A DNA stretch of 64,000 nucleotides from Balanoglossus misakiensis (Eukaryota; Animalia; Hemichordata), in assembly GCA_040954595.2 (NCBI GenBank), contig CM082593.2:3923434-3987433 (forward strand), in the 5' to 3' direction. Positions 43,941-55,500 of the stretch are shown piece by piece. The notes under the pieces are model-generated. The model was given only the letters and a program-made list of their open reading frames with translations, ran no database searches and was not told the DNA's origin. Both the position numbers and the translations under genes were made by a program. Position 1 is the stretch's first letter. Every line of letters begins with the position of its first letter.

Positions 43941-44479
43941 ACTTATGGCTACTGATGTACAAATTGGCGTTGCTAAGGTCAACCCAGCAACACCATGTGT
44001 TTGTGTAGTACCAGTCCCTGTAATACCAACAAACCCCTTCCCATGAAAATTATCCCTTCCCACACGGTCAGGAGAACCCCCCCCCCCCCAAAGCATTTCC
44101 CATCATTGATGACACTGAATTGTCTTGATGCTGATGAGAGCACCTCAATTGTTACCGCCACCTGAGGCATGAGCGCTGTTGACTTTGCCCTGCTGTATTT
44201 ATATGGACACTACTTATTGATTCACCCTTTTCCCCAAAAGCTTGTATAAAAGTTTGAAGTTGTTGTGCCATATCACAAACTGATCGTTCCACTGCATTTA
44301 ACCGTTATCACGTTCATCCCTAGTATTTTGACCAACTGTCCCTGGGGAAATGTTTAGATATGTAATCCGACCCCTGTCTGACCTCTGTGTGCCCCATGAA
44401 ATGAGCTGAGTTTTCAACTTCGGCCTCATCAGAAATGACCGTAGAATTGACACTGTATAGCTCTCAAATCACAGCAAAA

Positions 44480-45200
44480 GAAGGCATACAAAAGCCTAGG
44501 GTAACGTGTTGCACTGACCTGCGAACAGGTCCCGTAAGGAGTACGGTGCCCAGAGTTCAACACGACCCTAAACTCATGTGGCCTCTTTTGCAATCAACAC
44601 AACACTACCACGGTTCTCAACAAACAATTTCATCGCGTAAACCTGACCACTGCTTCGACCAAGACTTTAACGAATATTCAAAAGGGGCTTATGAACCAAA
44701 GTTGCCCTAACAATCCCGCAGAGGCCACCAATTATGACTGAATCTCGAACGGTCGCCTCTGAAAACTGATAGCACGTAGGCGGACAGGCGCGAGCCTCTC
44801 ACAAACAGCCCTGTCTCTACACATGGCGGTTGGAATTCGCCAGAAAGCACGCGTTTTGACGCAGATATCGGCCCACACCAAACTGCTAAGGTAAACATGT
44901 GGTAGATCTCGCGAACAGTAACCCTGGCTGGCTATCCGGTAGGGATAAGTCGGACAAAATAAGGAAAATTTGCACACATGAGAGCTCAACCTTCCGAACA
45001 CGTACTCTCATGACCCTCAGCCTAGCCTCATTTCATATGTCTAATGTGTCTCGCGAGAATCTCGAAACACGAGACACACGTAGACACTGGAAGGCTCTTC
45101 AAGGGCGAGATGGGGAAACCCCTCCATCCGTAGCGTGTCAGTAACGTTAACGGTCACCCACGACAACACGCAAGTGAGGCCATACAAAAACACCACGCCA
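44480..45200. promoter_or_regulatory. CpG-enriched patch with TCTCGCGAGA and YY1-like motifs; candidate promoter or TE-derived
   Basis: TCTCGCGAGA 45049-45058, TCTCGCGA 44907-44914, ACATGGCGG 44821-44829. Visibly more CpG than the flanks; ~2.2 kb upstream of the iGluR ATG. Confidence 0.3.
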
Positions 45201-47376
45201 AATAATATAAATATAATTTTTCAATAATAATCATTTATTGAACCTGAATTGATGTTATGTTATTAAATGTAGATGTTTTTGTTTTTACAGAACGTAACCT
45301 TGTTGCTCCTTATTGACAATATCAAAACATGAATTAAGCAGTGGGTGCCAAAGCTTCTTGTTTCATTGCTTTCTTTCATTCAGTACTTCCCTCCTCTCTT
45401 CCTTCCTTCCTTCCTTCCTCCCACTCCTACCCTCCCTTCTGTCCTACCTTCCTATCAATGTTTTTCCGTCCATCCAATAAGTGAACGTAAAATGTTTTAC
45501 TCACCTACCAAGTAAACATTTTGGTCTGATAGCAGAACTCTCATGTGAGTCGTGGTAGCGTCTCATTCAGCTAGATTTCATCAGCATTGATCGATCAATA
45601 TATAGGTGTACTGCTATGTAAATGTTAAATACGCAGATTATAATTAAATGTTGCAGTTATACAGACGATAGATTAATATCAAGCAAGGCATAAATAATTA
45701 ATCAATAACCCACTGGTTTACACTAAGGTTTATACTAAGGTGCATTACATGGCTTCCCAATGCACTGGAGAGCACTTCCTAGTCTTCAGGGGAAAATTCC
45801 AGTAGTAAATTGACCAAAGTTACTACTTATTTAATCTTTACTTTTTACCATATGCCTTGCATACCGGTCATTCTCTCAATTGCGTTTTGGTTTTGTCGCC
45901 ATCCTCTCCTCTAAACTAGGACTATGTCTGTCAGTCTGACGTCACCGCAAATCTCAGCAGAGGGTCCAGGAAGGTAACAAACCAGGGCTTAGTTCATGCC
46001 CCAGCCTGCCAAAGCTTGAAAGTAATTTCAGCTTGTGTTAATATCCATATTCTATTTGAAGTACATAATTATCGGAGAGCAAAAACAGTCCTAATACTCA
46101 CATGTATGACAACGTTAAATTTATCAAATGGGCGCAATATATAGTAATGTAACGTTGACAACTTCGTGGTTTGAGCAAGGAGTTATGTATAGGGTCAATA
46201 ACGGACGTTGTAATGATATAACGGCAATTCAACTTGGTCGCATTGTGTCGTTTGTGACCGGTTCTCTACGGAAAGGATGACACCATTCTCTGAGCAGAAT
46301 GCTGAAGATCATAATCCTTGAGATGTGTGACCTTCGGTTCACAGGTAAAGGAAAGCAATTATAGATTTCCCTTTCAGAAGGTATTAGGTACGCCCCTGTA
46401 GCAAAATCATTACCGGAAAGCAAACACACAGATGACATGGACACTTATAACTAAATTTACTTGACTATCATATTTTCGGGTGATTTCATTGGAATAGCCT
46501 ATATACGCACGTGAGCCTAATACTGATCAATTGTCTCTTTTGCTAAGGCTACAGTCGACAAGGACACTGCAGTCTAATTTTTTGTTTCAATGTGGCCGGG
46601 TTCAGGAATTTCCTCGTGGCTTTTCGATTACTGCTACATAATGCACCATTCTGTGGCGTGGCAAAAATTGTTTACAAATTATGTCGAGGTATTGAAATAA
46701 GCCTTGATTTGGAAGTTTCTCATTAAGGATTTAAGACGTAAGTTTTAATTAATCTACTTTGTATGATAGATGCTACGTTCACCATTTACAATTATCACTT
46801 TCAATGTCGTTAAGTTGTATAACGTTGTTAAAATTCTCATATAAAGACAATAACAGGAACAATGTGCGTGTATCTAGTGCTGGCTATACCTCAGCATGGA
46901 TCACATCGATAGCCACACTACCACTGCATGAATAGCTATACTGTACTTCCATTTACTGCAACTGCTTGAAATTGATTGTGATGTAATTGCGATTCGATCG
47001 CATCACACAGAAGATGGTGTGCGTCAGTTGCTACGTCCTCTACTTAATTTCTCTGGTTGTCAGTCAGGCAACAATATACATGTACGGATGGGTAGGCCCA
47101 CCTTATACGAGAGAAATGTGACTTTTTTGTCTTTTTCATTCCCAAGGCCTTCGCAAAAAGATTACCTGTCAGGAAGCAAATATGGAATTACCGATCACGA
47201 GTCTCGCGAAGTTGTGACCTATCCCCCCTCGCGAAAAGTGGAATATCCCCTTGCGATTGCAGTTTGAGCAGCACTCCTCTCAACTTTTGACCCTACTTCC
47301 GATCTACCGAGGAGGAAAATTGTCGTGGCCGGTTCCTTTTTTTCGTTCCAAGGAACACTTTTTGTTGCCTATAGAC

Positions 47377-47485
47377 ATGGTCTGGAGTAGTACTCTGCGG
47401 TCGTTTATGCTGATGATAATTACAATGGTGGGATTCCAGTGCGATTATGTGAGGAGGGAGAATTATCCACACAACGTCACAATCG
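47377..47485 (+). CDS. iGluR exon 1 (signal peptide, ...NVTIG)
   Basis: [37 protein letters not shown]; donor G|gtgggt, phase 1. Confidence 0.8.
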
Positions 47486-50400
47486 GTGGGTACTTATTTC
47501 ACTTATACTTTGCTGGAATCTCCGGAGATACCTGTCTGTGTGTTTCCACCATTTTCTGTCCTGAAAGGTACAGGTTCGCTTTTTGTGGTTTTACAGACTA
47601 CTATATGACGAAGTATCCATGCAATCTATTTGAATCCCTTTGGGTCATCGGTAAGACAAAAAAACCCACAGATTCTTAAATGTGTACCAGATTAATTAAT
47701 CTTTCTCTTAAACACTGTATATACTGACCTCAAGACCACAGCTACAAATTAGAACCTAACTTGTAATCTCACACTAGCTAAAAGTTACATCAGATTTATC
47801 AAATAGAATTATTACACGAAACTGAAAATTAACTTTATTCGGTATATACAGATTCGAAATCTTTCCATTATTTGACGTTTTCCTCTTACCTCGATGTCTG
47901 CTTGCCTGATCAATAATGATGATTTCAGTAGAAAGAAGCTGTCACAGCATACATAGATCACTCAAATAGACATAAAGATATTCAGTTTGAGCTGTGAAGA
48001 AATATAAAAAGTGTTTAAAATAAATACCCAGTCGTGAAAGAAGTGTGCAATCTTAAGCATTTTTGGCGATACAATATTGACTAACTGGTTCTGCGCGAGC
48101 TACATCCCTATTATAATGTTACGCAACAAAGCGTTGGTAAGTCATGCGTTTTATTACGCACATATAGCAAGAGCAATAATGACATTCAGCAAATCACGAT
48201 GAAAAATTCCTAGTCTCTTACTGACGAACTGCAATTTCACATCATGACCTACAGCCACGAGAATCAATACCAGAATCCGACTACCACATGTAAAACTGCA
48301 AATGTTCAGTTCTGACGTCGCCTGATACGGGTCAACTGGTGTCATGAATCTAATTACACGGATTGGTAATATTGAGGGAGTACCCATGTTCGCCACTGAT
48401 TAAATTGTCAAGGATCGAAAAGTATATTTATGGTGGCTGCATTTTGATTGTCTTTTGAAAAATAAAAATACCGTTACTATTTCAGTCAAATCTGTTCTAT
48501 ATCATATCAGATGACATGTCGTTTCATACAGAAATTTGCTTTAAAGAAATATAAACCCAAAAAAGGTTAGACTACGCATTTTACCAGTTTGAAATAGAAG
48601 TCTCACGATTACTATAGATCCAGTTTTTTTTTAAAGACGAATTCACATGGGATTTACAAAGCTGTTGAAAATACAATATTTTACTACTATGAAGGTCGTT
48701 TGCATTGCTTGTGAAAAGCGAGTAGTTGAACTTGAACTTGGCTATTTGGATTATCCTCCCCTTCTTCCACGCTGTGTTTTGGTTTAGAATCAACCGCCAG
48801 GCGAAGGATGGTATATAGTATACCGCTACATATAAATGACGTTCTTGCTAAACATAAGAAGGCCGCGACCAGCCCCCAACAAGACTGCTTTCAGACAAGA
48901 TGGTCACCTTCTGACGTCACACTAAACGTCATTAGCAAAACCCGGAGACATTTATTTGATTCAATCACGGCGTTTCATAATTTCCCTATCCATGCCACTG
49001 TGCAGCATGAGTGTCGTACTAAGGATTAGATTATGAACTTCCAGTAAACTATTAACAATCCATAGAGACACGCCATAAAGCATTGCTTTGAATTCCCCTT
49101 TGTCATATAACACGACAAAGTTCCTTGGTAATTTCATTTTAAACCGGTGGTTTTCTTATGAAATTAGATTTCTCCTGCGATTATGGGCCCATAATTAGAC
49201 ATTTGAAAGCTATAAACTGCGTGGGAATGACTGCCTTTGTACAATGTTTATGGTGCCGTATACCACCAGTCTATGACACGCACGTTTTAAGTTTGCATTG
49301 TTGGTCGCCACTTAATTGTCATAATGTTAAAAACATATCAACAAAACACTTAACCGATAATTACAGCTGAACGCCTCCGATTCTAACAGTGTTCTACACC
49401 AGTTCAAAGAGTAAATGTCAATCCATGCTTACATACGCTTACAATATATTATGATAAATCATGATAGTGTCTGAAAGACTATCAACTAGATAGAGCGACA
49501 AATAAGGTTTGTTTTCCTGGCAACGGCACATAGCCTATTATGGGGTTAAGAAAACAGTTGACATCGGCTTCCTGTGTGTGTGTTTCTGTATGGGCACGCC
49601 GTTGTGGGCAACCATACTTTTTAGTGAAAATAAGTCATTAAAGCTTGGGTTCTTGATTCTAAAAGACAATATGAACAAATGTTATTTCTGTAGGAGTGAT
49701 ACTAGAAGATCACCATGGAGAAGAACGAAGACTATTAAAAGATGCAATAAAACGTGTTCGAACCGAGGCTAACTTGTTGCCTTACACTGAACTCATCGTC
49801 CATCGACAACGCCTTACATCGTCATCTGCATTCGAGATTGTAGAATCAGGTACGTGATGAAACTCAATACATTCTATAGATAACTTTTTTTTGAAACTAG
49901 ATAGTCAAATGACTAAGGTATTAGCTAGCAATAAATATATTTGCTTTGCGTTCAAGGAATATTAAGGGAAATTGTAGGGCTTCGCGATCAAAGGAAGTCA
50001 CCACAAATTGGATTAGTTAATTATTTCTGTGAAGGACGGACGATGAATTGTTAATAACTTGATATTTTTTGTGAGTCATCGTTTTTCAGTTGACCTGTTT
50101 TCTCGAGCAATCTAATAAAGCATCATGTTCACCGGTTGTATGAGAGTTTTAGCAAGATAATTAAATTGAACTGTGTTTTGTGGAGGATCATGAGTACTGG
50201 AATAAAACTATGAACACAAATCGATTGTTTAAATAAATAAAAATAAAGACGTTATATATCATAGCAAAGGAGAAATAAAGAAAAATCGAAACTTACATGC
50301 ATATTCGGTTTGAGACATATGTGATTCCTTGACAAATCATGGACATAGCCCCTCGAAGGCACATGAGCGTCAGCGTTCACGATTTCAACTCTGCTCTTTT

Positions 50401-52516
50401 CCACGAGAATCTAATTTTACTACCTGCCTGTAGCTTAAAGCACTACAAAAATAAACATGATTGGGACTCTATGGGGACTGTATTATAATATTTAACCACG
50501 AGCCAAAATATGGTTATTGTTTACAGCACGTATATGAAAACTCATCGATCTGCAACATTTCGCGGAAAGAAATATGGATAGTGTAACGATTTGATAATCG
50601 CTGAAATTTTGGTTACATGACAGTACTACAATGTACAAATAGACAAATTGGGTGGCACACTGACAGAGGGTGGATAATGTGAAACCCATGTGCACCTTTA
50701 ACCGCTTTACATTTATAAGATTGTGATATATGAAGGGAATACAATTCGTGATAGTTGAAATTCTTGTGTATTTCTGCGTCTTCCCATGATCCACCGTTGT
50801 CAGTACATTTTTTCAACCTTGGTAATGCCTTTTTATACATTCTCAACTTATTTATTTCTACGTTTAGCATGCAGGTTATATGAGAAAGCACCAGCTGCCA
50901 TCATAAGCGTGACGTCATGTCGTTCGACAGAGGCTCTGCAGAGTGCTACGAACGCCTTCATGATGCCACACATACAGATTTCCTTTGAACCCTGTCCCAT
51001 GAAAAATGACGAATTCACTCTGAGCATGAACCCTAACATTTTGGTGACCGACGTGGCGTTGTTTTCACTCGTCAAGTCACAAGAGTGGACGCAAGTCATC
51101 ATATTTTATGACACAGATACGGGTAAGTGTATTAAAAGATAACTGGTTGGGAAATTGCGCAAACTACAATAACAGTTGGTTTTAAATAAATCTACTCGAT
51201 GCCTATGCCCTTTGGTTTGTAGTTCGCGGGTTACCCAACATCACATTCCTTGTGATAAATGTATTTTGGAGGATGAAAGATTGCATTTATACGTAAAGGG
51301 AATTGAAGGAGCAAAAGCAACGTCACATAAACTTTACTTACAGTAATTGTTCAAAAATGTTAGCCGACTGCGTATGATCTCCATTCAATTTCTGCAACTT
51401 GAAATGACAGAAAAGGTACATCTTTGACCTTGGGTTGTTACATGATGGAAAGTGTGGCATCATCGATATAAATAGCAGTTTGATACATTAAAAATAATAC
51501 GTAATTGTCAAAAGATATATATGAGCTGTATGCAAGGCCATGCGCTTAAAGCATTCACGGGGGTCCCACCCTCATGATTTATGAGGGATCATCAAGAAAA
51601 CTGAAATTGAGGGTAAATGAAAATTGTTTTTATTGAATACACAAACGTGCATCTTCCATCCTTAATAATAAATAAATTTAAACAAATATCATTTCTCTAT
51701 AGCCTTCCACAGGGTACATCTAATTCTGGAAATTGCTGACAGGTCCAATATCGTCTGGAATGTTATTTTATTCAAGTACGTCAGCATTAAAGAGGATTTC
51801 AAACGAACGAGGAAGCAGCTTTTAGGATTGGAAGACGCCCAGCATTTTCTTGTTGTCTGTGACGTCGACAACGCGTTTGAGTTGTTACAGGTGGTAAGTA
51901 GTTCTACATCCCATTCCAACACAAAGTACTACTAGTAACCATCAATTGAGAATTCTGTTCATATTTAGATAAATAAATAAATACAATTAATTCGGTGTCG
52001 TGTGATTTGCATTGTGTACGACAAATGAAGTAGAGACCCCTTTACGATACAAGACTTTTCTCTCAACTCTCGTTGCAGGCAGGTGACCTGGGAATGAGAT
52101 CGCGAGATAATCATTGGATAGTTCTGAATCAGGTGAGTGTCTATGAAAATGAGTGAAGAGACTCATTGCAATTGTCTCATACCTCAACCCACAATTGTTT
52201 AGAAAGATGGTAATATACTTATTACCTGCCCGTAGTGTACTTAGTCACGAATGGTCTTATGGAAAGATTCTTTTGTGTCTTTTAGGGTATTACGGATTCA
52301 CAACTCGAAGCGGTCCCAGCAGCAAGTGGAATAGTGATTTTGCTGAGGCAGCAAAATGCATATATAGATATTGACGATAATGTGACAAAACGCAGAACAA
52401 GAAAGAAAAATTCCCATATAAGTGTAAGTAACTTGTAATGTATGTATGTATGTATGTATGTATGTATGTATGTATGTATGTATGTATGTATGTATGTATG
52501 TATGTATGTATGTATG

Positions 52517-52548
<32 letters not shown>

Positions 52549-55500
52549 GTATGTATGTATGTATCTGTGTATGTCTCTCCATCAGTCTGTCTCTCAGTCT
52601 GTTTGTCTCTTTGCCTACCTGTCTGATTACCTGCCTGCCTACCCATCCAGCCGTCCGCAAGGTCGTATTATGTCTCTGTTTAACTGTCTCGTAATATCAC
52701 TTTCAGTCATCGGAAATGTACTTACACGATGCGACAGTTACATTGGCAACGGCTTTCGACAACGTAATGCGGTATCGTCATGGATTTAAATGGCCAAAGG
52801 TGGATCTCGGGATATGTCGCCTTTTGAAAGCGGATCATCCAAATGAAAGAAGGCCCAGCATATATCACACATCTGATAATAACCGTTACTTTCTAATGGA
52901 TACAATTCGCACGGTGAGTGATGGGGTCAGTGATATGTGTTGCTTCTTCGTGTTATACTGGTAGGAAAAAATTATACAGTTTATCTATATTCAAAGCATC
53001 ATGTTACTGAAAAACACCAACAACAACAAAGTAATTATGACTCGTACAAATCTACCCTAAATCAGACTACTTGGGCAGCAAATTCGCAGCAGTTTAATGT
53101 CAATTTAAATGATGTACTGTATTTTTTTTCAGACCATACTCGAAAATGGACTCTCAGGAACTGTAAAGTTTAATGCAGGGGGATACAACGATCGACACTC
53201 AATGGAAATCGTTAGCGTTTCTTCAACAGTAGGTAACATAACAGATATCACAACGGTAAGTTTGATGATTCCAGAAGTTTTGTACTTTCACGCATGCAGA
53301 ATATTTTGCGTAGTTTCCTTGGGCGGTGGTTGGTTCGCAACGTATATTTTTAGTTGCTATATACGTCCAAATTATACTGACAATTACAGTACAGATAATC
53401 TTGCTCTAATGTTTTTAATAACCAGAGATCTTCACCTTATAGTATTCTCGTATGAGCCAGAAATGCTCCACACCAATCCACACAGATAGTGCATAGTACG
53501 TGTATGTACTAGGACTATACAACAAGGCAGCCGAAACAGTCACAAATCGCTCTTTCATGCTATGACTAAAAAATCTTGATTTACCGACGATGCTTGGTGG
53601 TCGTGTTATTTTCTCTCTTACAAAAGCAGTATTTGCAATCTTCACACCACGTCACAACCACCGCGGGTTGGCCTTTCGCAGAAAGCACTCAGTAAAATCT
53701 TGTTTTAAACATGCCAGTGTCTACTGTCTGGAATTTAAAAGTACATTTACCATAAACGATTTCTGTGGCTAATTTGAGCTCCAGGAGATATGCCCATATT
53801 AGCTGCGATTCCATTCTATTTTTTCTTGAGGCAGATGTAATTATAGGTGTGAAAATAAAACGTTTTAAGTCTGAATGGCACAATTTATTCTTGCCTACTG
53901 TGCATGGCATTTTATGGCGAACAATTGATGCATTTCACATGGTTTTCAGTGAAATTTGACTATTTATGGTGTGCCAAGATGCAGCGTAAGTGACGTAGCT
54001 TTTTTCTTACAGTTTGGAATGAAGTAAAATGTTCACAAACATTACCTTAATCCCGCCATAGCAGTACTGTATGGCGGTTGAAAATACTTCACCCCCTCTC
54101 TCTCCATCACTCTCCATCTTTCCTCTCTCACCCTCCTCTCTTTCCCTTTCCCCATCCCTCCCTCACTCCCTCTATCTTATTGGAACACCGGCGACTTGTT
54201 TCTGTACCTGAGCAATTTATCAATAATCAAACCGCCACCATAAACCAATAAAAGATGTTGCTGTAATAAATTAACATCGAACGAATTTGATCTACATGTT
54301 CAGGAATGGAAATTATATATGCACAAAATGGAAAATGCCTACTTACTAATTTCTCTCTTGGCTCGCTATCACCAGATCGGATCCTGGGACCCTGTCAACC
54401 AGCTCAATATGTCTCACATGCCATTCCAGTCCACTTTTCAAGCCTTAGAAAATAGAACACTGCGGGTGGTGACCATTCTGGTAAGCGGCATACCTCGTAA
54501 AAAATCAACTAATTGCCAAGCATAGAGCACCTAACCGCCTGTTGACGGCTGTTGACTTGACACAAATGGGCAATTGCCATTATTACTCTAAACTTTACTG
54601 CGTTAACCAATTAAACAGCGACAGCCCAGTGTAAACATGAGACGATTGCGCAATGTATATGTTTATACTGCAAGTAAATTTAACGTAGTGCTATAAATCG
54701 TGACGTGACGCAGACACCTTTGAAATGTCATGTGTCCATGTCACTTTGCCCCACATGTAACTTTTGATATAAATGTTAGTTTTGATGTGGCCATTGTCGG
54801 TGGGTGGGTCGTCTACTGGCAACTTTAATTTTTGTATCAACTGATGTAAGGTCTTAGTTTGTTTTTGTCATTTCCGATATGATTTATGCCGTGTGTGTCT
54901 GAGCTCATGCCCAAAATATCTACAGACATCACATTCAGTTGACCTTGAGAGACACTGGAACGATGTGACCCGCTGTACTCAGTGAACTGACAGCTGCATC
55001 AAATGTACGCAATATCACAATTTCGGCGAAACGTCGATTGTGTGGTCCCAGTGGTATTCTGTAGTCACCTAAACCGTCATTCATGTAACACTGAGGTCGC
55101 TCGCAGTCAACTGCTGGTATATTTCGAAATGTCATTGCTCGTCAATATGCGGCTATTAATGTACCCGAGCATAAATGTAACCGGTCACTGAGGGCGCTGA
55201 ATTAGTTTTTTGAAGACGTACAATTTACACACATCTATCACGAGCGGTTTTTGATACGATCTTCTTCCAATTTGCTCACTTAAACAGGAAGAACCTTTTG
55301 TCAGGAAGACAGAAGTAGACGACGGGCTCTTTGAGTTTTCCGGTTTCTGTATCGACATTTTAAATGAAATTGCGCGGAGGCTTAACTTTAAGTATACCAT
55401 ATACGAGGTGCCTGACAACAAATATGGTGCGAAAGTCAATGGAACTTGGGATGGTCTTGTTGGTGAAGTTGCATATGGCGTAAGTGGGAACTATTTTGCT

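Noticed and set aside
44405-44440. Minus-strand CTGATGA-ggc-cgaa-gtt-GAAA resembling a hammerhead ribozyme core
   Set aside because: Stems I and III and the NUH cleavage triplet cannot be paired properly in any topology I tried.
51891-51899. Tandem donor GTGGTAAGT that could drop one Val from exon 4
   Set aside because: The downstream gtaagt is a much better consensus and there is no evidence of use.
52290-52789. HTYI/MYVC-repeat ORFs
   Set aside because: Translations of the (TATG)n microsatellite.
54053-54240. Hairpin CCGCCATA..TATGGCGG followed by a CT-rich tract as a small HINE
   Set aside because: The downstream ACCGCCA copy has the wrong orientation for a subterminal inverted repeat and no 3' stem-loop was found.
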